Assembly: GCF_044704955.1 (NCBI RefSeq)
Contig: NC_092006.1
Coordinates: 4,774,001-4,838,000, forward strand
Direction of reading: 5' to 3'
Source of the DNA: Pristiophorus japonicus
Lineage: Eukaryota
DNA length: 64,000 nt
Every line of letters starts with the position of its first letter. Within the stretch, counting starts at the first letter, position 1. A program made the position numbers and the translations under genes. The notes beneath the pieces were generated by a model. The model made no database searches. It was not told the DNA's origin and was given only the letters and a program-made list of their open reading frames with translations. This document shows positions 36,730 through 49,000 of this stretch, piece after piece.

Positions 36730-38099
36730 GAATAGCCTGTGTCTGTGCTGCACGCTGTGTGCAATTCTACCTGAAGGGTCACCCTCTGCAGAAGAATGAA
36801 GTGGTGTGGGGAACGGAGCGATGAGAGCAAGCGAGGGAGGCGCCGTGTAAGTTTCGAATCAATTACCGGTAGAGTTTGGCCGCGAGTCGAGCGGACCAAT
36901 TTTTGCACTGCGCTGAATTTCTGAGCCGAGGTGCAGCAGTCCTTGACCTCAAAGGGCAGAGAAGCGAGGGCGACCCTGAAGCAGAGAGGTCAGGAGGATA
37001 CAACCCGGCCACAGCCAGAGCAGAGGCGCCCGGCTTGTGGGCCGCGCGTGACGCGGGAGGCGCCTCGCCCGCTGCTCACGCTGCTTGCGGGGAGGGGCCG
37101 CTTGCGAACAGACGCGAAAGGCTCAGCCACGAACTGGTGGAAATAGCTGCACTGCCACAGATTCTGCCTTAGCCCGAAAGAGAGTGGCCGAGCTCGAAGC
37201 TCTCTGTGGTTTTCCTGTTGCTGCAGAAAGGTCAAACTCTGAGACATCACGTCAAACCGCTCGCAGTTTGCCGCCCAGAGTACATTCAACCCAACCTACA
37301 GCAGCCCCCGTGTGCATTAACCTCATGTGCACCATTGCCTTTCTAGGTGGCGGTGCTCGGTGTTTGGACAGAAGGAATTGGTGTTATTCTGAGTCCCAGT
37401 TACATTCATTAACCACCCCCCCCCGCCGCACTCCCTACTCCACCGCGGCTGCAGTGTGCACCATCTATCTGGCAAGTGTCTCACCTCCTGACTCCCCCAA
37501 AGCCTCTCCCACCATCTCCAAGTCAGGAGTGTGATGGAACACTCCCCACTTGCCTGGATGAGTTGCAGCTCCAGCAACGCTCGGGAAGCTCGACACCGTC
37601 CAGGACAAAGCAGCCCCGCTCGATCGGCCACGCTCCCCACCACCTTCAACACTCACTCCCTCCACCACCGGCGCACCGTGGCTGCAGTGTGCACCGTCTA
37701 CACGATGCACCGCGGCACCTCGCCAAGGCTTCTTCGGCAGCACCTCCCAAACCCGCCACCTCTACCCGCTATACCAGGGGTGGATTAACCCCACCAAAGA
37801 ACATCGGCCCACCAAATAAATGTAGGAACAAAATATAAGGCCTTCCAAATAGGCTGAATAGAATCCACAACGAGAGAGGAGAAAAGCAAGACTGAGGAAA
37901 ATATCGTTTGTTGGCCTAACGTGTACATAGATCAACGACAGGCCAAATCCACCCTTTTCACTCTGTGTATTGAACATGGCTGCTGGCTACTATTGAAATG
38001 GGAGACATCATTGAGAAATTCCCATGTAGGAAATCTCGCAATGTTATCTTATAAAGTACCTACGGGCTATATACTGGCTGATACAGGCTAGATTCACTT

Positions 38100-39310
38100 G
38101 TATATACCTATATACAGAAGTGCCTATATACACGAATGTACCTATATACAGAAGTACCTATATACACTAATGTACCAATATACAGAAGTACCTATACACA
38201 CTAATGCACCTATATACACTGATGTACCAATATAGAGAAGTACCTATATACACGAAAGCACCTGTATACAGAATTACCTATACACACTAATGCACCTATA
38301 TACACTGATGTACCAATATACAGAAGTACCTATATACACTGATGTACCAGTATACAGAAGTACCTATACACACTAATGCACCTATATACACTGATGTACT
38401 GATATACAGAAGTACCTATATACACTAATGTACCTATATACACTAATGCACCTATATACACTGATGTACTGATATACAGAAGTATCTATATACACTAATG
38501 TACCTATATACACTAATGTACCTATATACACTAATGCACCTATATACACTAATGCACCTATATACACTGATGTACTGATATACAGAAGTACCTATATACA
38601 CTAATGTACCTATATACACTAATGTACCTATATACACTAATGCACCTTTTTAAAGAAGTACCTATATACACTGATGTACCAGTATACAGAAGTACCTATA
38701 TACACGAAAGCACCTATATACAGAAGTACCTATACACACTAATGTACCTATATACACGAAAGCACCTGTATACAGAATTACCTATACACACTAATGCACC
38801 TATATACACTGATGTACCAATATACAGAAGTACCTATATACACTGATGTACCAGTATACAGAAGTACCTATACACACTAATGCACCTAATACACTGATGT
38901 ACTGATATACAGAAGTACCTATATACACTAATGTACCTATATACACTAATGCACCTATATACACTGATGTACTGATATACAGAAGTACCTATATACACTA
39001 ATGTACCTATATACACTAATGCACCTTTTTACAGAAGTACCTATATACACTGATGTACCAGTATACAGAAGTACCTATATACACGAAAGCACCTATATAC
39101 AGAAGTACCTATACACACTAATGTACCTATATACACTGATGTACTGATATACAGAAGTACCTATATACACTAATGTACCTATATACACTAATGTACCTAT
39201 ATACACTAATGCACCTATATACAGGAATACACCTATATACAGAAGTACCTATATACACGAATGTACCTATATACAGAAGTACCTATATTTACTAATGTAT
39301 CTATATACAG
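38100..39310 (+). repeat. Compound minisatellite of 16/18-bp units (GTACCTATATACAGAA / GTACCTATATACACTAAT)
   Basis: Directly visible tandem array with higher-order blocks. Confidence 0.95.
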
Positions 39311-40198
39311 AACAGAAAATGTAGTAACCTGTTTTATTTCACATGTTATTGAGAGAAATTTGCATCTCTAGATAGGAACCTAGTATTACAATATTACCAG
39401 AATATATACCTACTTGATACAGAATATATGCTTTCATTGTTGAATAAACTGGCCTATGTTTTCATACTCAGAATCAGAATCATACACATCATGTAATGAA
39501 GATGAACAAATGTAATTATCGGCCCATTCATGCATAATTCATCCATAAAAGTTGAATTAGTACTTAAAATAAAAAGCAAAGTGCGTATATATCAAATTTT
39601 TACAAACTTTTCACCCAACTCCCTCAGTGTACTTCCTCCCAGATCGCCCCAGTGCAGATTCTCGGAGATTTTGCTCTCAAATTTTGTTGAATTTCCACTC
39701 AGAATTATTCGCAGTGAAATCACAAGCCAGCTGGAATACCTTCGCGGTTCCGCTAACAATAGCGATCATAAGACAGCCTTAACCGTACCGCTAATAGATT
39801 GCAGCCGGGATTCAATTTCCCTTCGGTTATTCGGTGTACGGAAACGTCTGCGTGCAGCATTGGGGGGGGACAAATGTTCAATGTAACCTCCTCCTGGCAA
39901 AACACTTGCAATTTAGGAGCATCGAATACAAGTAGGAACATTTTTTTAACATAGTCCTACTCCGGTTAAAAGGCTCGGCTGTGACCACCACCACTCGGCT
40001 GTGTGGCCCAATGCTGTCCCGGGGAATTTACAGCCACGGAAACATAGAAAATAGGTGCAGGAGCAGGCCATTCGGCCCTTCGAGCCTGCACCACCATTCG
40101 ATATGATCATGGCTGGTCATGCAACTTCAGTACCCCATTCCCTGCTTTCTCTCCATACCCCCTGATCCCTTTAGCCGTAAGGGCCACATCTAACTCCC

Positions 40199-40865
40199 TG
40201 TTGTCGGGCACTTCCAAAGGCAAAGGCACCTGCAGGGTGTACGTGTGCATGTATATGTAAAGGGCGGCCAGATATATAAAATGGCTGCCAGAGATTCCGC
40301 AAAGCATTAGGGGAATTTAGCTAGCCAGCTTGACTACGTTCCTAGCAACTGAAAAGGGCGCGCTCAGCAGAATGTCTCGAATCAGCAACCCCCCCAGACA
40401 AGATGTCCTGGTAGATTACTAGACAATGGGATCCCTGTAACTGTGCAACTGAGTAATGGGATTCTCATAACTGTGTCAAGATAAGGAGGTTAGGCGCCAA
40501 CAAAACCCAAGGACAGTCGAGGTAAGGGGGTCTGGAAAAACATCAGGAGACCACAAGTAACTCCCTTCCTGGACATGAAGTGATCACACAGCCCCTGCTA
40601 CTGAGGGGCCAAATCCATTGGCCCAAAGGCACCGATATGTAACCGATACTCGTTATGATTGGATTGTGTCCAGCCGAGATGGGCTGAGTAATTGTAGTGA
40701 ACTGACTGTAAAACATATAAGTAGTGACGAATTGCTTTGTTCGGCGGAGAGGAGTGCCTGGAGTTACCCAGAGGCTGTCTCCCCGCCGGCGTAAACAAAC
40801 CGTTTTTGACGTTTGGAACCGACCCGAGTGACGAGTGATTCTTCCAGAAAACATCCGCGCCAACA
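40199..40865. mobile_element. Solo LTR (667 bp), second LTR family, inserted in a CR1 fragment
   Basis: TGTTG...CAACA termini; 5-bp TSD CTCCC (40194-40198, 40866-40870); CR1 sequence is contiguous across it. Confidence 0.88.
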
Positions 40866-42176
40866 CTCCCTTTTGAATATATCCAACGAACTGGCCTCAA
40901 CAACTTTCTGTGGTAGAGAATTCCACAGGTTCACCATTCTCTGGGTGAAGAAGTTTCTCCTCATCTCGGTCCTATATGGCTTACCCCTTACCCTTAGGCT
41001 GTGACCCCTAATGTGGAGTGTGACCTCTGCCAATTGCAACCCCGCTGGAGACAATTGGAACTGATCACAGGGCTGGTTCTATCGCTCAGTGTAATGAATT
41101 CTGAAACAAAACCCTCTTTGATGCGATTCATTTACCGGGGTGGACTGCACACACAGCTCTGGGTTCGTTTCTAGAGCAGTAGAATTGCAAAGGCGAGATG
41201 CTCTATGCTTACATGGAACCAAGGTTGGACCACACTTGGAGCACTGTGCATAATTCTGGTCTCCACGTTCGAAAAATAGAGAAGGTACGAAAAAGATAAA
41301 CAAGGACGAGACCAAGAACTGAGGGGTTGGAATCATAGAATCCGAGATGTTTACAGCAGGGAAAGAGGCCATTCGGCCCATCGTGTCCATGCCGGCCGAC
41401 AAAGAGCCACCCAGCCTATTCCCACTTTCCAGCTCTCGGTCCATAGCCCTGTAGGTTACGACACTTCAGGTGCACATCCAAATGTGGTGAGGGTTTCTGC
41501 CTCTACCACCCTTTCAGGCCGTGAGTTCCAGACCCCCACCACCCTCTGGGTGAAGACATTTCACCTCAAATCACCTCTAAACCTCCCCCCCCTCCCAATT
41601 ACATTCAATCTCTGCCCCCTGGTTGTTGACCCCTCTGCCAAGGGAAACAGGGTTACACCTATAGGGAAAGTCCTGTGGAGTGACCTAATAGGGGGTCTTT
41701 AAAACGATGAAAGGGTAGGGCAGACAGAGAGAGGGAGTGGTTCCACTTGTGTGGGGGAAACCAGAACCAGGGGCCATCAATATCAGACAGTCACTAATAA
41801 ACCCAATGGGGAATTCAGGAGAAACTTCTTTACCCAGAGAGCGGTGAGAATGTGGAACTCACTGCCACAGGGGTTGAGGCGAATAGTATCGATGCATTTA
41901 AGGGGAAGCTGGATAAACACATGAGGGAGAAAGGAATAGACGGATATGGTGATGGGGTGAGATGGAGAGGGGTGGGAGGGGGCTGGTGTGGAGCATAAAC
42001 CCCAGCACGGAGCGATGGGCCGCTTCTGTGCCGTAATATCAAAGAGTCTTAACGACCAATGCAAACAGAGCATAACTGTGCTATGAATTTTCCTGTGGAC
42101 ACAAATTACAATACATCGTGGAACACTGCAATCATTGTTATCGTTTGCCGAGGTGTTCAATCAAACTATTAGAAAG

Positions 42177-42835
42177 AAAGAAAGACTTGCATTTACATAG
42201 CGCCTTTCACGATCAATGGACATCTCAAAGCGCTTCACAGCTAATGAAGTACTTTTGGAGCACGGTCACTGTTGTAATGTGGGAAACGCAGCAGCCAATT
42301 TGCGCACAGCAAGCTCCCACACTCAGCAATGTGATAATGACCCAGGTCATCTGTTTTAGTGATGTTGGTTGAGGGATAAATATTGGCCCCAGGACACCGG
42401 GGATTAATCCCCCTGCTCTTCTTCCAATACTGGCCATGGGATCTTTTACATCCACCTGACAGAATAGACGGAGCCTCGGTTTAATGTCTCATCCGAAAGA
42501 GGGCACCTCCGACAGTGCGGCGCTCCCTCAGTACTGCCCCTCTGACAGTGCGGCGCTCCCTCAGTACCGCCCCTCCGACAGTGCGGCGCTCCCTCAGTAC
42601 CGCCCCTCCGACAGTGCGGCGCTCCCTCAGTACTGCCCCTCCAACAGTGCGGCGCTCCCTCAGTACCGCCCCTCCGACAGTGCGGCGCTCCCTCAGTACT
42701 GCCCCTCCGACAGTGTGGCACTCCCTCTGCACTGCACTGGAGTGTCAGCCTGGATTTACATGCTCAAGTATCTGGAGTGGGACTCGAACCCACAACCTTC
42801 TGACTCAGAGGCGAGCGTGCTGCCCACTGAGCCAC
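42177..42835 (-). mobile_element. Full-length Deu-domain SINE with about 6 copies of the 33-bp unit
   Basis: TGGCTCAGTGG A-box, GGTTCGAGTCC B-box, Deu core, (CTTT)n tail. Confidence 0.85.
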
Positions 42836-43755
42836 ATTGGTAAATAGTGAATTCTTCCTGTGGATCGAGTGAATTCAGAAGAATAAACACGGTTGTCTCT
42901 GCCGTTATTTATGCAATAGGTTCAGTCAGTGGAAACCCACGCAATGGGCCTTAACAGAAAGGAGGGCAGTGCACGATATATTTTTAAATAGTAGGACTGA
43001 TTTAAGAAAGGATTTGGATTCATTCAGCTTCTGTCTGAGTGCAATGAACGAAGGTGTCTCACCGATTAGATTTCCGCGTGCATCTTCTGTCCTGGGGAGC
43101 AACAGACCAGTAACTAACACATTACATCCAGCGCTGTCTGGTCCCCTGCAAGTAAGCTGGAGCAAGAATGTGTCACAACCTCTTTGCAGAATAAACTATA
43201 ATGACCACTTTCGGATAACACAGCGAGCTTTCACCTCCCAAACCCACGGCTTCCACCACCTAGAAGAACAAGGGCAGCAGGCGCATGGGAACACCACCAC
43301 CTCCAAGTCCCACACATAGAATCAGGGAAGGGTTACAGCACAGAGTCCGGCCATTTGTCCCGTCGAGCCCGTGCCGGCTCTCTGCAAGAGCACCTCAGCC
43401 AGTCCCACTCCCCCGCCCTTCCCCCGTACCCTTGCAAACGTTGTTTCCTTCAGGTAATTATCCAACTCCCTTTTGAAAGCCACGATTGAGTCTGCCTCTA
43501 TCACCCTCTCAGGCAATATATTCCAGACCCTAACCACTCGCTGCTTAAAAATAGTTTTTCCTCATTTCGCCTTTGCTTCTTCTGCCTTAAATCTGTGTCC
43601 TCTGCTTCTCCACCCTTCTCCCAATGGGAACAGTTCCTCTCTGTCTGGACCCCTCACGATTTGGCCATCCTGACTTGGGCATAGGTCATTGGGTCACAAT
43701 CCCGGCACTCCATCCCTAACAGCACTGTTAGGAGCACCTTCACCACAGCGGACTG

Positions 43756-45470
43756 TCGAACTCGTTTGGCAGAACGTCTCATCGCCAGAGCTGTCACACA
43801 AGCACCAAGACATAGCTTGGTTGGCAGTGAGGAGGGCCTTACCCGTCAGAGCCTTCATGCACAGCCGACGTCCCAACAACTCGGCACGGTGCCCCCGAGT
43901 CGGCTGCAGGGCGGACAAGACTGTCACCCATCTCCTTCAGGATTGCCCCTTCGCGAGGCAGGTTTGGAAAGAGATGCAGTGGTTGCTGTCGAGGTTCATC
44001 CCGAGCAGCTCCGTAACACAGGACCCTGTGCTCTAGGGGCTGTTCCCAGGGACACACACCGAGACAGACATCACCTGCTGCTGGAGGGCCATCAACTTGG
44101 TCAAAGACGCTCTTTGGTCTTGCCGAGACTTGCTGGTCTTCCAGAGCAAGGAGATGTCCACGTCTGCGTGTTGCAGACTGGCGCAATCCACGATCCAGGA
44201 TTACGTGCTGAGGGTCGCACTTAAAATTGGTGCAGTCGCCGCAAAGGCTCGGTGGGGAAGGGCCACAGTTTAAAGCCCTTCTGTCACGGTAAACCCGGGG
44301 GCAGGAATCAGTACAAAACTCCCCTCGGGCCGTACTTTTTTTAAATTTCGAAATATATTTTCTTCTTATAAAAATCTGTACAGTACATTCAAAAGCAGTT
44401 CAGTACATTTAGCTGCGGTCAGCAATCCCATACACTATATTTGGGTGCTGACGGAAGTTCCGTTCGATACATTTCCTTGCTTTTCAGTTCAAGTACAATT
44501 CGGTACAATACGGGATACCTTGTAGTACATTCGACAAATTACATTACACGTGTCACTATACATTACACGGAATGGGTGACGGTACATTTACATTTTTCTT
44601 TTCAACGTGCATTATGAAACAGACCTTACATTGTACATGGCATGACACAGGTGTTTACAGATCATGGTGCTCCATGTACACAAAAAAGAAGTTACAAGTA
44701 CGACCCGAGGGGAGTTTTGTACTGATTTCTGCCCCCGGGTTTACCGTGTCAGAAGGGCTTTAAACTGTGGCCCTTCCCCACCGTGCCTTTGCGGCGACTG
44801 CACCAATTTTAAGTGCGTCCCTCAGCACGTAATCCTGGATCGTGGATTGCGCCAGTCTGCAACACGCAGACGTGGACATCTCCTTGCTCTGGAAGATCAG
44901 CAAGTCTCGGCAAGACCAAAGAGCGTCTTTGACCGAGTTGATGGCCCTCCAGCAGCAGGTGATGTCTGTCTCGGTGTGTGTCCCTGGGAACAGCCCGTAA
45001 AGCACAGAGTCCTGTGTTACGGAGCTGCTCGGGATGAACCTCGACAGCAACCACTGCATCTCCTTCCAAACCTGCCTTGCGAAGGGGCAATCCTGAAGGA
45101 GAAGGGTGACAGTCTCGGGCTGTACTTGTTAATCTGCTTGTATACATAGAGCACCATGTACTGACAAACACCTGTGTTTGTGCCATGTACAATGCAAGTC
45201 TCTGCACTGTTTAGTAACTTGTAAAGAAATGTAAATGTATTCTCACCCCGTTCCGTGCACTGCTTTCAACTGCACAGCGCTACATGTAACATGATTTACG
45301 ATTGTACTAAACCGTACCTTGAAATGAAATGCACTCGAGTGCATTGTACGGAACTGCTGTCAGCATCCAAACGAATTGCATGGAATTGCTGGCCACAAGT
45401 TGCTGAACTATTTTCCAATGTATTGTGAACATTTTATATGAATAAAGTATATTTTTGGAAAACAAAAACA
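43756..45470 (+). mobile_element. Tx1-like LINE 3' part, interrupted by an antisense copy of the same family
   Basis: RT zinc-binding region (CPRVGCRADKTVTHLLQDC), 3' UTR with AATAAA and A tail; CGGACTG at 43749 and 45471. Confidence 0.82.
44338..45113 (-). mobile_element. Tx1-like LINE 3' part, nested antisense
   Basis: ORF 44760-45059; flanked by CTCGGGC(C/T)GTACTT at 44324-44337 and 45114-45127. Confidence 0.85.
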
Positions 45471-45851
45471 CGGACTGCAGCGGTTCAAGAAGGCGGCTCA
45501 CCACCACCTTCTCAAGGGGCGATTGGGGATAGGCAATAAATGCCGGCCTGGCCAGCGACGCCCAGATCCTGTGAACGAATCAAACACAATTCTAAACTTT
45601 TAACTGCCAAAATTAATAGTCAGAACAGTGTAAAATGTGCACACCCATACCGTAATCTTTCCGCCATGCTCTCCGAACGACAATGCAGCAAAGCTCTTCG
45701 CGTCCACTCTGCAACTCGCACTAGCCTGGCCACTGTGACGCACAGACACTGGCCACATCTCAAGTGCATGAAGGATGGGATTGCTCAGGGCACGGCACCC
45801 AAAAGGCTTAGGTCGTAATAGTTTCCACTGCATCTGAAGGGGCTGCAACCG

Positions 45852-45888
<37 letters not shown>

Positions 45889-45968
45889 ACGGAACATTTG
45901 TCGCCCTCTCCAACTGTAGAATGTTCTGAGCGAGCACGGGAATAGCTGAGTGTGCCCCCGGCCCCAGG

Positions 45969-46026
45969 ATGTTGCTGGAAGCGTTTCCCCTGATCCTCAC
46001 ACTCCACCACGTGTGTTGGAATTACG
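45969..46026 (+). CDS. Leader (signal peptide) exon
   Basis: MLLEAFPLILTLHHVCWNY then G|GTGAGT; phase 1 matches the V exon. Confidence 0.7.
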
Positions 46027-49000
46027 GTGAGTGACCCGTGCTTGGGACCAGCTGAAAACGGGAAACAAGGGGACTGTGTTTGCGGAGTTGAAAATGTGAC
46101 CCAGCTTTTGCCCCGATATTTTCGCCCCCTCTCCCTATCTCTGTAACCTCCTTCAGCCCTGCAACCCTCCCTATCTCTGTAACCTCCTTCAGCCCTGCAA
46201 CCCTCCCTATCACTGTAACCCCCTCCAGCCCCTCCAACCCTCCCTATCTCTGTAACGCCCTCCAGCCCCTACACCTCTCCCTATCTCTGTAACCCCCTCC
46301 AGCCCCGACACCACTCCCTATCTCTGTAACCCCCTCCAGCCCCTGCAACCCTCCCTATCTCTGTAACCTCCTCCAGCCCTCCAAACCCCCCGCGATCTCT
46401 GCGCTCCCCAATTCTCTTGAACAACGCCAATTGTAATGACTCAACCATCGGTGGCCGTGCCTTCAGCTGCCTGGGCCCCAAGCTCTGGAACTCCCTCCCT
46501 AAACCTCTCCGCCTCTCTCTCCTCCTTTAAGACGCTCCTTAAAACCGACTTCTTTGTCCCAGCTTTTGATCATTACCTAATATCTCATTTTGGGACTCGA
46601 TGTCAAATTTCCGTGAAGCGTCTTGGGACATTCAATTACGTTGAAGGCGCTTTATAAAAGAGATATTTTGTTGTTGATAATGTTGGTTTACTTTCAGGTC
46701 CTTCTACAAGGCTAAGCAAAGGCAAAGTAGAGAATAGGTCCAATCTGCCATAACTAAAGGCAATAATGCCGCTGGTCTTAAGTTACAGGCGATGGGTTTG
46801 AAAGCGGCCTCTCTCCATCTCTCAAAAATCAACATGAAGAAATTGTATTTATATAGCGCCTTTAATGTCGTGTCCTGGGGCCAATATTTATCCCTCAACC
46901 AACATCGCTAAAACAGATGATTTGGGTCATTATCACATTGCTGTGTGTGGGAGCTTGCTGTGCGCAAATTGGCTGCCGCGTTTCCCACATTACAACAGTG
47001 AGCACACTCCAAAAAAAGGGCTTCATTGGCCGTAAAGCGTTTTGAGACGGCCGGTGGTCGTGAAAGGCGCTATATAAATCCAAGTCTTTCTTTCTTTTTA
47101 GTAAAACGCTTCACAGGAGAATTATTTTTAAAAATTTGACCCCGAGCCACATGAGGAGATATTAGGGACAGGTGACCAAAAGCTGGGTCAAAGAGATCGG
47201 TTTGAAGGAGCGTCTTAAAGAAGGAGAGCGAGGCGGAGAGGTTTAGGGAGGGAGTTCCAGAGCTTGGGGCCCAGGCAGCTGAAGGCACGGCCACCGATGG
47301 TGGAGCGATGGAAATCGGGGGATGGGCAAGAGGGCAGAATTGGAGGAGTGCAGAGATCTCGGAGGGTCGTGGGGGCTGAAGAAGGTTACAGAGTTAGGGA
47401 GGGGTGTATGGGTTAGAGGAGGTTAAGAGATAGGGAGGAGTGTAGGGGCTGGAGAGGGTTACAGAGATCGGGAGGGGTGTAGGGGCTGGAGGGGGGTTAC
47501 AGAGATAGGGAGGGAAATAGTGGCTGGAGGGGGTTACAGAGATAGGGAACGGTTTAGGGGCTGGTGGAGGTTACAGAGATAGAGAGGGGTGTAGGAGCTG
47601 GAGGAGGTTACAGAGATAGGGAGGGGTGTAGGAGCTGGAGGAGGTTACAGAGATTGGGAGGGAAATAGTGGCTGGAGGGGGTTACAGAGATAGGGAACGG
47701 TTTAGGGGCTGGTGGAGGTTACAGAGATAGGGAGGGGTGTAGGAGCTGGAGGAGGTTACAGAGATAGGGAGGGGTGTAGGGGCTGAAGGAGGTTACAGAG
47801 ATTGGGAGGGGTGTAGGGGCTGGAGGAGGTTACAGAGATTGTGAGGGGTGTAGGGGCTGGAGGGAGTTACAGAGATAGGAAGGGGTAGAGGGGCTGGAAG
47901 GGATTACAGAGATAGGGAGCGGTTTAGGGGCTTGAGGGGGTTACAGAGATAGGGAGGGTTGTATGGGTTAGAGGAGGTTAAGAGATTGGGAGGGGTGTAG
48001 GGGCTGGAGGAGGTTACAGAGATTGGGAGGGGTGTAGGGGCTGGAGGAGGTTACAGAGATAGGGAGGGGTGTAGGGGCTGGAGGAGGTTACAGAGATAGG
48101 AAGGGGTGTAGGGGCTGGAGGGGATTACAGAAATAGGGAGCGGATTAGGGGCTGGAGGAGGTTACAGAGATAGGGAGGGGTGTAGGGGCTGGAGGAGATT
48201 ACAGAGATAGGGAGGGGTGTAGGGGCTGGAGGTTACAGAGATAGGGAAGGTGTGTAGGGGCTGGAGGAGGTTACAGAGATAGGAAGGTGTGTAGGGGCTG
48301 GAGGGGATTACAGAAATAGGGAGGGCTTTAGGAGCTGGAGGGGGTTACAGAAATAGGGAGGGGTGTAAGGGCTGGAGGAGATTACAGAGATAGGGAGGGG
48401 TGTAGGGGCTGGAGGTTACAGAGATAGGAAGGGGTGTAGGGGCTGGAGGAGGTTACAGAGATAGGGAGGGGTGTAGGGGCTGGAGGAGATTACAGAGATA
48501 GGGAGGGGTGTAGGGGCTGGAGGTTACAGAGATAGGAAGGGGTGTAGGGGCTGGAGGAGGTTACAGAGATAGGGAGGGGTGTAGGGGCTGGATGAGGTGA
48601 CAGAGATAGGGAGGGGTGTAGGGGCTGGAGGAGGTTACAGAGATAGGGAGGGGTGTAGGGGCTGGAGGAGGTGACAGAGATAGGGAGGGGTGTAGGGGCT
48701 GGATGAGGTGACAGAGATAGGGAGGGGTGTAGGGGCTGGACGAGGTGACAGAGATAGGGAGGGGTGTAGAACTGGAGGAGGTGACAGAGCTCGGGAGGGG
48801 GCGCGGCCATGGGGGGGATTTAAACACAGGATGTGAATTTTGAAATCGGGGCGTTGTTTAACCAGGAGCCAGTGTGGGTCAGCGAGCACAGGGGGCGATG
48901 GGTGAGCGGGACTCGGTGCGAGTTGGGACACAGGTCGGGGCTGCAGAAGTGTGGGATGAACTGGCGTTGAAGGCGCGGGGGTCAGAGCAGACAAACCGTC

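Noticed and set aside
39643-39830. Possible degenerate stalk-TM exon (TFAVPLTIAII-K-TALTVPLI)
   Set aside because: Needs an assumed frameshift, and there are no partner exons in that orientation
42770-42835. tRNA gene (A/B boxes), also near 19080 and 61495
   Set aside because: These are SINE heads followed by SINE body sequence
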